Origin: Octopus sinensis
Lineage: Eukaryota
Assembly (NCBI RefSeq): GCF_006345805.1
Contig: NC_043022.1
Coordinates: forward strand, 23,064,001 to 23,128,000
DNA: 64,000 nt
Direction of reading: 5' to 3'
This document shows, piece after piece, positions 14,385-26,267 of this stretch (positions are counted from its first letter, which is position 1; each line of letters starts with the position of its first letter). A model generated the notes under the pieces. It made no database searches and was not told the origin of the DNA. It was given only the letters and a program-made list of their open reading frames with translations. The position numbers and the translations under genes are program-made.

Positions 14385-14744
14385 TCTCTATATATATAAA
14401 CAGCAAAATGTCTCTGCGCATGTCCTTTATACAAATCCACAATTGTTCAGTTAGAGGGCTCGCACTTTCTATTGTCATTCAAAACCATCCAAGGGTGGTC
14501 GTGCACATCTTTACATTTCCCCAGTCACCCCGCAAAGCCATTAAAAAATCAATAGCAGTAACCTTTTTGTGAATTTTCTATCCAAAACCCAATCAAATTG
14601 CCCGAAACTTGATACGCCAATTGAATGCCAGCTAGCTGTGTGATTGGTCGGAGACTTGGACAGTACTCACGTGTATGTGTGCACGCACGCAGCTGTATAT
14701 ACATGCAGTAGCTATGACCCGGCAACGCCGGGTCATAGTGCTAG
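14385..14744 (+). mobile_element. Non-autonomous Helitron
   Basis: A|TCTCTATATATATAAA...ctatgacccgg-caacg-ccgggtcatag hairpin...CTAG|T; no TSD. Confidence 0.8.
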
Positions 14745-16653
14745 TAAATAATAAATGAGTGGAAATTGAACCGGTGTGTTAGACAATAAGGCATTATGAC
14801 AGTATGACTCTCCCCAGACACAACATAACTTTATCAGTCTCATGTGCAAAGATTTCATTCTTGATTCTTGTGGGAATATTCTAAATGCCTTAAACTTCAT
14901 ATGCCTGACCACATATAGTATGTATGTATGTTACCAACAAAGGTACACTTTAAATTTTGCTAAGCTGTTTCTAATTCTAGCAACTATACTTTCAAATCAT
15001 CCTTCTCCATAAGGTAAGCTTCTTTCTGTTTCTTATTTTTTTATTGCCCACAAGAGGCTAAACACAGAGGGGACAAACAAAGACAGACAAAGGGATTAAG
15101 TTGATCACATCGACCCCAGTGCGTAACTGGTACTTAATTTATCGACTCCGAAAGGATGAAAGGCAAAGTCGACCTCGGCGGAATTTGAACTCAGAACGTA
15201 GCGGCAGACGAAATACCACAAAGCATTTTGCCCGGCATGCTAACGTTTCTTATTTCTTTACTGCCCACAAGGGGCCAAACATAGAGGGGACAGGCAAAGG
15301 GATTAAGTCGATTATATCGATCCAAGTGCATAACTGGTAATTAATTTATCGACCCCGAAAGGATGAAAGGCAAAGTCAACCTCGGCGGAATTTGAACTCA
15401 GAATGTAACAGCAGACAAAATACTGCTAAGAATTTCGCCCGGTGTGCTAATGTTTCTGCCAGCTCGCCGCTTCTTTCTGTTTCTACCTACCAAATCTACT
15501 CACACACCTTTGGTTGGCCCAGGGCTTTAGTAGAAAACACTTGCCCAAAGTGTCATGCAGTGGAACTGAACCTGGAACCATGTGGTTAGGATGCAAACTT
15601 CTTACCATACAGCCACACTGGCATCTATACATGAGCATACCACTAAGTCGTCCTTGATTCCTAGTGACAGCTGTAATTATAGTTAGACTAAATAATCTAT
15701 GTACAACAATGCAATGTATTTATAAAGTATTTAGATCTATAAGATGTATTCAATCTACATTATTACAGTTTTGTATATTTGCTAAAGGAATAAAGCACTT
15801 GGTGACATACAGAAATATATTCAATTGAAATATGTAGATATCTTTAACTTTGTTTCAGTCATTGGACAACGACCACCTTGAAAGGTTTAGACAACGACCA
15901 CCTTGAAAGGTTTAGTCAAACAAGTCAACCCCAGGACTGAATTTGTTTTTTTTAAGAATGGTACTTATTTTATTGGTCTTGTTCTCCAAATTAAGTTATG
16001 GGGAAAGTAAACAAATCAGCACCAGCTGTCAAGCAGTGGTGGAGAACAAACACAAACACACACATACCTTTATTTTTCATCTTTTATTTGTTTCAGTCAT
16101 TAGACTGTGGCCAAGCTGGGGCACTTCCTTGAAGAATTTTAGTTGAATGAATCGACTCCAGTACCTATTCTAGCCATCACTTTTGCCAAAACACCAAGTT
16201 ACGAGGATGTAAACACACCAACACCAGTTGTCAAGCAACACACACACACACACACAGAGTGGGCTTCTTTCAGTTTCCATCTACCAGATCCACACACAAG
16301 GCTTTGGTCAGCTAAGAGCTATAGTAGAAGATATTCGCTTAAGTTGCAGCACAGTGGGACTGAACTCAAAACCATGTGGTTGGGAAGCAAATTTCTTATA
16401 GCTGTACCTATGCCTATATTTAGTATAGGAGTAATACACTCAATCACATTCGGAGATTTACCCAATTGAAACATACTTTTGATACAGATAATCTAAGTAT
16501 AAAAATAGAGATAATTGTTTCGGACAATTGTTATCTTGATAACAACTCACTTCATTTTATAAAATTCATAAAATATTTGCAGCGTGGAAGGTGTTTATAA
16601 GCCATTTAAGAAACACACAAAACCGTTAGATTCACTTCAACATTTAAATTTAA

Positions 16654-16704
16654 TTTGTCAAAATATTTTTGTCGCTCTGAGACCACGACCTGTTCACTGA
16701 CAAA
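16654..16704 (-). ncRNA. Hammerhead-like motif with G3-C8 swap (G12 mutated in this copy)
   Basis: TTTGTCA-GTGAACA-G-GTCG(11 nt)CGAC-AAA-AATATT-T-TGACAAA; 7-bp stem I, palindromic stem III. Confidence 0.6.
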
Positions 16705-18293
16705 ACTTTGTGCTGCATCTTAAAATATTTGTTTTATGAACTGTAAAAGGATGTAAGTTTGGACTTTTTAGGACAGAAGCATTCTTTAATGAAATTTAGA
16801 CATTTAACTAATTAATTTCTACCATTCTGAGAGAAATTTTGTCCCTCTTACTTTCCCTCTGTCTCTAACTCTCTCTCTTTCTCACTGTCACTCAATTTTC
16901 TCTCTCTATCTCTCTTTTTCTCTGTTTGTCTCTCTCTTTCTTTCTTTCTATCTCTATCTCTCCTTTCTCTGACTGTCTGTCTCTCTTTTTCTCTTTGTTT
17001 ATATCTCTCTCTTTCTCTCTGTTTCAAACAGGTGAAGTAATTGTTCATAATTGTATCACCCCTCTCCCCAGTTTATAACTGGTACATATCTTATTTATCC
17101 TGTGCAAATGAAAGCCAAAGTTGATAAGTAAGATTTAAAGTCAAAACTAGAAAACCATTTAGCATACCAACTAATTGATTTCTTTAACTCTTCAGCATTT
17201 AAACTGACCATATCCAGCCCAAATATTTCACTTGTTTTATGTTCAAACCAATCAGATCCTACCTCTTACACCTATCTTACAATGTCATACTAAAAATAAA
17301 TGATCACATCACCTAAACCCTACAACTATGAAATAAAAAGGTGAAGATCCCTTTCGGTCATGAATGACCATGGGATTGCACCTAGAAAGTTAACCAGGCA
17401 CCTAGGTTAGAATACCTGGTCACTAACTAGATCAGGTCAACTCAGATCACAAGATCATGGTACCAAATCTGTAGGCCATGATGATACTGTAGCAGTGGTG
17501 ATGAAGAGACAATGATGGCCATGATAATGATGCTTTGCACTATAGGCAGAAGGCCTGAAATTTCAGAAGGAGGAGTTGAGTCAATTACAGTGACCCCAGG
17601 GCTTGACTGGTACTTATTTTATTGACCCTGAAAGGATGAAAGGTAAAGTCAACCTCAGTGAAATTTGAACTCAGAACGTAAAGACAGATGAAATGCTGCT
17701 AAGCATTTTGCCCAACGTGCAAACGATTCTGCCAACTTGTTGCGATATGACTAAAAGCGATGCTCCAGCATGGCCACAGTCAAATGACTGAAACAAGTAA
17801 GTAAATGATAATAATGATTTCAAATTTTGGCGCAAGGCCAGCAATTTCGGGGAGTGGGTAAGTCAGTTGCAACAACTGGTACTTATTTTATCGACCCCGA
17901 AAAGACGAAAGGCAAAGTCAACGTTTGGTGGAATTTGAACGAGGAATGTAAAGGCGGATGAAATGCTAAGCATTTTGTCCGGCATGCTAACGATTCGGCC
18001 TTATGACCATGATAATAATAATAACAATCAAGATCAAGAGGCAATGAAGATAATGATAATGATGGTGGTAGCGATGATGATGATAATGACAACGATGATA
18101 ATGATGTTAAAGATGTAAGATCAATATTTGTTATTTGGAACATTTTCTTTATCGCATCGTGATAATCCTTTCACATCATCTCTTACAGCATGGATTATTT
18201 CTCTTTATTTCTGCCTCTTCATCACTCAATATTGGCGATTACATCTGTTTGTGCACATCATTTACATATTTACTTTTAAAGTATATAAAGGTT

Positions 18294-18703
18294 GGATCTT
18301 TTCGGTTTGAACGGCAGTTTTTTCTAGCGGTGTCATATGAAATTGTCACCCATAATTATGACCCTAGAATCGATCTATTGCATTTCAATCTGTTTTAGGG
18401 TTAGGGGTGGGGGAAGGGTATCTTTTTTTCTTCATAAATGTAAATAAACCCAATCTGTTTCTTAAAGGAGGGACATATTCATACGGCACAGAATGTCTTT
18501 TACCTCAATAGACGGCATTGATTGGTTGAAATTGCAGAAATTGAAGAAAAAACCCCACAAATATCTTACAAACTATAAAATTTTCTCTATAAAGCCAAGA
18601 GAAAAAGATGTTTTAAAAACACATTCTACCAGTATACGAAGTTTTAAATTTTTTAGTTACCTAGAAATTATGTTAAAAACTGCCGTTCAAACCGAAAAGA
18701 TTC
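18294..18703. mobile_element. GGATC-TIR MITE copy 2
   Basis: Near-identical to 1103-1516; 6-bp direct flank AAGGTT. Confidence 0.85.
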
Positions 18704-18937
18704 AAGGTTTGTTTCCCAACATGTACACACACACACACTAACACTGAGGAAGCAGTTAGAAAGTAAATAGATAATAACTCATTTAAAAATTTATCAACAT
18801 GACTGAAACAAGTAAAAGAATAAAAGAACATCACGGATATCCTTTATTTCGTTTACTTGTTTCAGTTATTTGACTGCGGCCATGTTGGAGTACTACCTTA
18901 AACGGTTTTTAGGTAACAAATACTCAAATATAATTTA

Positions 18938-19327
18938 CTAGCAGTATCGCCCGGCGTTGCTCGGGTTTGTTTCGACCCTTTAGAATTAGAATTTTTGAAA
19001 AGTAAAAATTTTGCATTTAGCTTGTTATTCTCTTTAAGTTGAACATTTTTCTGGTTGAAATACACCGAAAAATGGCGACACAGCAGTCAAAAAATCGTAA
19101 AAAGTAGGGATTTTCATAGAAAAAAAGCACCTTTTTGATGTAAATAATTTTTGCTCTTAACATAGTCCGATTTGGATTTTTTCTTCTACGGAAGGAAGAG
19201 CAAGCCTTCTTCTATCATACTCTCAATTTTGGTCAACTTGCGCCGCAGGGTCTCGGAGGAGATAGTGTTAGTTGAAGGCTACCAAACCTGCCATACACAG
19301 ACAACTTCAGCTTTATATATATAGAGA
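18938..19327 (-). mobile_element. Non-autonomous Helitron
   Basis: A|TCTCTATATATATATAAAG...cccgagcaacgccggg...CTAG|T on minus. Confidence 0.8.
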
Positions 19328-20135
19328 TTACTCTGACACTAGACGAATAAGATTTTATGATGTTTATGCATTTCTCTAGTATTATTAGTGACTTAAGTGA
19401 AGTGACATGTCTTTCACTAGTAATTGAACCCAAGTTGTAGTAATTGAACCCAAGTTGTAGAATTTTTGACTGACCAAAAAGTGTATTATGAAAGACGGAA
19501 GAGAGGATGCGAGTTGGTAGAATGGTGAACACACCGGACAAAATGCTTAGGGGCATTTCTTCCGGTTTTTATGTTCTGAGTTCAAATTCCGCCGAGGTCG
19601 ACTTTTCCTTATTTCTTTCGAGGTCGATAAAATGTTCCAGTCGAGCAATGAGGTCGATGTAATCGACTCAGCCCCTATCCAAAATTTCAGGTTTTATGCA
19701 TATATTAGAAACAATTATGAAAGAAAAAAAGACGGCGAGTTGGCAAAATCGTCTAAATATTTGAAGAAATGTTTAGCAGTATTTCTTCTGGTTTTTATAT
19801 GTTCAGAGTTCAACCTCTGCTGAGATCAGCTTTGCCTTTCATCCTTCTGATATGAGTCAAGTTTTGGAGTCGCTGGTATCGACAAACCCTACTCAGAATT
19901 GGAGACCTTGAAAACTGTTAAGAAGTTGGGGTGTTAATTGGATGCGGTGACTGGGCCTTTCCCGATGGTATTTCTTAATAGCATGGCTGTGTGGTAAGTA
20001 GCATGCTTACTAACCACATGGTTCCGGGTTCAGTCCGACTGCGTGGCACCTTGGGCAAGTGTCTTCTAATATAGCCTTGAGCCAAGCAAAGCCTTGTGAG
20101 TGGATTTGGTAGACGGAAACTAAAAGAAGCCCGTC

Positions 20136-20206
<71 letters not shown>

Positions 20207-21288
20207 AAAAAATACAAACTGGGACAAGAACGCAAAACATTTAGAAGACGATACAAAAAACATGGACGGGACATTCGAAGCCTTCAATCTTCAGTCAAGA
20301 ACCGGATCATCCTCGCAATTTCGGCTGATTAATCTTGAGATTGCTCCAATCTGGCCAGCCCCAAGGGAAAACAAAGCTAAGCGCATTAGATTCCTTGGAA
20401 GAAAACTTCGAATGTATACAAAACAAGGACAGAAAAACGGACGATGTTACACGAATATGAATACAAAAATAATACGTAAAAACAACAATAATAATAATAA
20501 TATGTTTGTGTGTCTGTGTTTACGTCCCTGTAACTTAGCGGTTCGGCAAAAGCGACCGATAGAATAAGTACTAGGCTTACAAAGAATAAGTCCTGGGGTC
20601 GATTTGCTCGATTAAAGGCGGTGCTCCAGCATGGCTACAGTCAAATGACTGAAATAAGTAAAAGAGTCTTAATTTCCACCAACAATCGAAACCGCGACTG
20701 AGAAAAATGAGAACAGGCGACAGATACATCGTGACTGACCTGGTTTGACATGATAGTTTAAGAAAGGTCCGAGTTCAAAGAATGTTGAGGAGTGTCAAGT
20801 AGACACATCTATCCGACAGGTGATTGTAGGAAGGGGTGGAATAACTAAGTAGGTATTTAGCATAAAGCTAAGGGTTAATTTCAGCAAAGTGAGCTGCTAC
20901 GTACTGACCGATACCTCACAGCACGCCTCTACTCACGATACAAATCTATGTTATTTTATCAATTATATTAATTGTTTTGGCTGATCCAAACGATCACCAA
21001 TGCGAATAAACTATGTGTGTTTGGATCTGTTGAAAAACTGCTTTTACTAAAAAAACAACTGGTTGAAAAATTAAATTTGGTTTAAACGAAATATAAAAAC
21101 ATCCCAATTAACAAGGTATATTTTAAGACAGGTGGACGTTATGATTTTTGAAGTGAAACCGTCAAATATTCGGATTTGCTTCAGTAAGGAAGTATATGTT
21201 GATTAATGTGTGTGTAATTTCCGGCCAAAAGTGTCAAGAAGAGGGTATCTGTTTTAAAAGAAAACTAAAGAATTATAAGAAAACTTAC

Positions 21289-21735
21289 TTGAATGATATA
21301 TTTGGAATTTGGTGAGTCTTTGCTTCCCCCACGAACAGGTGCCGTCGTTTGCGTTATAGTTGCTCCTTCGATCTCTCCAGGGGTTTTACCAACATGAGTC
21401 TTACAGTAAACTTCTTTGTCCATATTCCCGTTGATGCGGTCGTTGCGATAGAATGTCTGTTGGGTAAGAGGCATGCCGCAGATTCGACATCGAAAACATT
21501 GTTTATGGAACTGTACATCAGGTCCAATGCTAACCATTTCATCGGGACGTGACACGGTTTTGTTACACCTAAGACATGGATTAACTTCATCGGGCTCCGC
21601 CTGACGTTCGAACTTGTATTCGTATAGGGTTGCCCTCTCATAAGCGAAACTATATTTAAAAGCAGGTTTTCCATCGGACTGATCACGATCTACTGGAGAC
21701 CCTTTCCTCGATGAACCAGAGTTGTCCAAAGCCAT
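21289..21735 (-). CDS. LIM-domain protein, hillarin-like (LIM plus transglutaminase-like family), probable first coding exon
   Basis: ATG at 21735; C-x2-C-x19-H-x2-C-x2-C-x2-C-x24-C-x2-H ending DKEVYCKTHVGK, resembling the hillarin LIM; donor CAA|gtaagt, phase 0. Confidence 0.8.
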
Positions 21736-23205
21736 ATCGTTAAATCAAAGTGAAACAAAATATTTAAATCATTAAACCAAATATAGCAATGGTTTCTTTT
21801 TTTTTTTTGAATATTTTTTTAGGTTAAAAAAACGTTTATATTAATTGTATAGTCATATAAATTAACGTATTCCAACGATAGAAATGAAGTCCTGTGATTC
21901 ATACATCAAAAAGTGTTTGTAAACAAAATTTCCCACACTAGGTCAATAAAGATCATACGGCAGTACATCCCTTCTTGGGTCGGTAACATCATAATAGAGA
22001 AAAAGAGGCGTGCAGAAAACCTGGCGTTGAACTTAATTCATATCAGGTACCGCATACGGCAGTTGATCAAGGCTAATTAACTGTTGAGAACTTCATTAAA
22101 CAACGGTCTACACAGCATCTCCGTACAACGATTCTCATTGTGAGCTTTACCGATGTTTTCCTCCTGGCTGAGAAAGTGAGTTGTGCGTGTGTGACCCAGT
22201 TCAGGATCACATACCTGTTTATTGTCTCTGCTTAAGCAAAACAACCACCTGAGGCCCTGCAACCTGTATGATAAACTCTGCCAATAAGATTGAGGCTACT
22301 TCTCCTGGTTACCTGTCTTATAACAAACTATGTAATATTGTCGTCACAGCATTTTACACCTTAACACTCACTCAAATAACTCCCCCTCTCTCCTGCTTAA
22401 CTGATTCCCGCCCTCCGTCTCTCTCTCTCTCTCTCTGTGCCACTCTCTTTCTTTCTCTCTCTCTATGCCCCTCTCTGTCTCTCGCTCTGCCTCTCTCTTT
22501 TTATCTTTCTATCTGTTTCTCTCTGCCCCTCTCTCTCTCTCTTTGCCTCTCTCTTTTTATCTTTCTATCTGTTTCTCTCTGTCTCTCACTCTCTCTTTCT
22601 GTCTGCTTATTTCTCTCTCTACTTCTTTCTTCCCACTCTCTAGTGTTTTCTCTCTTTCCCTTTTATCTCTAAAACAATCTCTTTTCGTTTCTTTCTCTCT
22701 CTCTTTCTCTGTCTGCCTGCTGTCTGTCTATCTCTGTCTGTTTGTCTGTCTCCCATCTCCCTCTCTCTCTCTTTCTCTCCACACACACACACAAACACAA
22801 ACATATATTCATACATACACGCTGGCATACGCACAGGCATATCCAAGGAAGAAGTCACTGGTTGCAATAATAGAGGGAAGTTTCAGATACTAGTAAATAA
22901 ATATAAAAGGAATACTGACTAATCTGTATTTTGTTTACATGCATACTGATATGTATATGACGTTTCATTCATATATATGTGTGTATATCTATGCAAATAT
23001 ATATGCCTGTATATTTATATGTATGCGTGTGCATATATATACTCACGCGCGTGTACGTACATACACACACACAGGTGGCCGATAGCCGACCAACATTCAA
23101 TGTCTTGGTCATTAATTTTTCCCACCATACTCTGACCTTTAAGTTCTCCAGTTAAAGTTAGACTCTCTCTCTCTCTTTCTATATATATATATATATATAT
23201 ATATA

Positions 23206-23495
23206 CTTTATTTAAAAGCAGCAGAAATTCAACAAAACCTGTTACTCGGAGTTTCACGTTCCCGTTCGTCGGACAGTTTTGTTAAAATAGAACCGATATG
23301 ACAATTCTATCAAGACTTGAGAATTGTCATATCGGTTCTATTCTAGCAAAAACTGTCCGACGAACGGGAACGTGAAACTCTGAGTAACAGGTTTTGTTGA
23401 ATTTCTGCTGCTTTTAAATAAAGCATATTACTCTACCCCTGGTATTTGAGTACTCTTTTTTTCCACCTTGTTTCACATTTATGTGTTTACTCCGG

Positions 23496-23496
<1 letters not shown>
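23206..23496 (+). mobile_element. Fold-back element family H (two inverted U4C hammerhead-like motifs, 3' tail) in (TA)n
   Basis: Near-perfect palindrome 23206-23423 plus ~70-nt tail; motifs at 23353-23390 (+) and 23239-23276 (-). Confidence 0.75.
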
Positions 23497-23529
<33 letters not shown>

Positions 23530-23882
23530 TATGCATAAAACACACACACTCCCAGGTTGGTGAAGATGAATGGATGGATTGAAAAACTTGCTATATGTCC
23601 CGGGTTGAAGGGTCTGTGCGTGGTTCCGTCCAGTAAGCAAATTTGTTCTATTTGATGCTGAAATATCTCAGAATGTCCCAGCTGTGGATCAAAAACTTAC
23701 CTTTTAAGAACAAACGTATTCCCCTCTCAGATTTACACACTTATTGTAGCAGCTCTTCAATTTTTGTAAGCCCTGTAAAAGGACTTGGAAGATTAGGCCT
23801 CCAGCCAGGCCTTTCGCGACACCCCTAAAGCCAGGAACTTTATATATATATATATACACACTTGTGTATATATATATATATG

Positions 23883-23936
<54 letters not shown>

Positions 23937-23948
23937 AATATATATTTA

Positions 23949-23999
<51 letters not shown>

Positions 24000-24008
24000 A
24001 TATATATA

Positions 24009-24155
24009 CTTTATTTAAAGCAGCAGAAAATTCAATTTGTTGAATTTTCTGCTGCTTTAAATAAAGCATATTACTCTACCACTGGTATTTGAGTACTCTT
24101 TTTTCCACCTTGTTTCACATTTATGTGTTTACTCCGGTGTCTTTTGTTTATTTTC

Positions 24156-24157
<2 letters not shown>
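24009..24157 (+). mobile_element. Family H, collapsed copy
   Basis: Identical 27-bp arms 24009-24035/24040-24066, same tail as 23424-23496. Confidence 0.75.
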
Positions 24158-24188
<31 letters not shown>

Positions 24189-24189
<1 letters not shown>

Positions 24190-24398
24190 GAGGGTCTGCT
24201 GAAAAGTTCCTGGCTTTGGGTAAAAGAAAATGCAGGAGGATTTATGATTTTAGTCAGCATATTCGCTTTTCAGATTCACACTCTTATTGCAGCGGTCCTT
24301 CAGTTTTTCAAAGCCTCGTGAAAGAATTTGGAACGCCGGGCTTCCAGCTGGACCTTTTGCGACACCCTTAAAGTCAGGAACTTTTCAGCACCCCTTCA
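24189..24398. mobile_element. Mariner-type MITE
   Basis: TIRs CGAGGG..GCTGAAAAGTTCCTGGCTT; partial second copy at ~23730-23840. Confidence 0.75.
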
Positions 24399-24430
24399 TA
24401 TGTCTTAGATGTTTACAGTGTCCCAACTAA

Positions 24431-24945
24431 CCATAGAACAACTCCTTATGTAACATCTCATCTTGCTTCCTAGTAAGCTACCCAGCCCAACACCTCTGAT
24501 TGCCTATGCGGAACATTTCAATATTAGATGCGTTGGATTGTAGAAAGACAACGGTGTCTGGTATTAGAGACTGCCATTTGATGTTTAAGATCCTCCTAAT
24601 GCAAGTTTGGTAGAATCTTTTCAAAGCCTTGATGTAACGACGATAATCGGCGAGCTGGCAGAACCGTTAGCACGCCGGGCGAAATGCGTAGCCGTATTTC
24701 GTCTGCCGTTACGTTCTGAGTTCAAATTCCGCCGAGGTCGACTTTGCCTTTCATCCTTTCGGGGTCGATAAATTAAGTACCAGTTACGCACTGGGGTCGA
24801 TGTAATCGACTTAATCCGTTTGTCTGTCCTTGTTTGTCCCCTCTGTGTTTAGCCCCTTGTGGGAAATAAAGAAACAGATAATGTAGTCGAAGTCTCAGAG
24901 GAGTATTAAAAAGCAATTAAGATGCATGATTCATTGACGATGAGC
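24431..24945 (-). mobile_element. Decayed RTE LINE fragment interrupted by SINE-B
   Basis: YSSET...RYIKALKRFYQTCIRRILNIKW...RCWAG...KELFYG. Confidence 0.65.
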
Positions 24946-24984
24946 TTGGCTTTGTTGGTAATATAAATAAAAGTTCTAGCTAGA

Positions 24985-25230
24985 AATGAAAGTTCTAGCT
25001 GGTATATACTTCCAAAAATGTGCAGTTTCATAAACATTGTATTATTGTCCTTTAATAATGATTTTCTTCAGCTGCTCTGTAACAACACTGGCAGCTTCAT
25101 CAGTCATTTTTATGTCACGCAAACTGAAACACTTCTTAAAACTTTTAAACCAGCTTTTACTAACTAGAAAATACTTTTTATTGAAACTTCTCTATGTATG
25201 CAAATCATCATTTTGCCTTTTTAAATATTA
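24985..25230 (-). pseudogene. Tigger/pogo (CENP-B-like) transposase fragment
   Basis: SKSWFKSFKKCFSLRDIKMTDEAASVVTEQLKKIIK...YNVYETAHFWKYIPARTFIS. Confidence 0.65.
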
Positions 25231-25268
25231 GCCTGGTGCATAATGTCGAGTCTAATCCTTGACCCATT

Positions 25269-25694
25269 GGATCTTTTCGGTTTGAACGGCAGTTTTTTCC
25301 AGCGGTGTCATATGAAATTGTCACCCATAATTATGACCCTAGAATCGATCTATTGCATTTCAATCTCTTTTAGGGTTAGAGTTAGGGTTAGGGGTGGAGG
25401 GAAGGGTACCTTTTTTTCTTCAGAAATGTAAATAAATCCAATCTGTTTCTTAAACGAGGGACATATTCATACGGCACAGAATATTTTTTTTACCTCAATA
25501 GACGTCACTGATTGGTTGAAATTGCAGAAATTGAAGAAAAACAACAACAAATATCTTACAAACAATAGAATTTTTTCAATAAAGCCAAGAGAAAAAGATG
25601 TTTTATAAACACATTCTATCAGTATACGAAATTTGAAAGTGTTTAGTTACGTGGAAATTATTTTAAAAAACTGCCGGTCAAACCGAAAAGATCC
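25269..25694. mobile_element. GGATC-TIR MITE copy 3
   Basis: Same TIRs and body; no TSD evident. Confidence 0.85.
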
Positions 25695-26267
25695 TATTTA
25701 TGTTTTATCTGTAACTAAAACTTCGTATTACATTGCAGAGGGCTCAAAGGATCCATAACTGAAAGAGCAAATAGCCACATTCAGTCCGATGGACAACCAT
25801 AAACGAACTCAAATGTATGTCTACGTGTGTGTCTGGTAATGTGTAATTAGATGTGTGTATACCTAAGTTTAAATGCGCGTGTATGTGTACATACGTACGC
25901 ATGTATGTATGTATGTTCATAGATTAATATAGAAAATGAAAAAGCAAAATATTTCGTATCACTCGAAACACATTTAATTTAAAATAGAGAATATAAACAT
26001 TAATGCCGAGTAGTTATGATAACTACACGGCATTAATGCTTATGTTCTCTATTTTAAATTATGTTCATTCATTGTATTGTGTGAATTTTGCAGTCAAAGG
26101 GACATAACTCGTGGATATTTATTCAAGATTGCGTTATATCAGTTTTTGTTTTTCTACTCTAATGGCAAATATTGGTATACAGCCGGAATGCTTTTGATGA
26201 TAGGTCTACTCCATCAGGGCTGACCTGCTGTTAAATAAAAACAACAGCGAGATTAATAACCCTCAAG

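Noticed and set aside
25057-25108. Minus-strand AATGA-CTGATGA-AGCTGC...GCAGCT-GAA...TCATT looks like a hammerhead
   Set aside because: No stem III or UH site, and the bases are in-frame codons of a Tigger transposase remnant (MTDEAASVVTEQLKKII)
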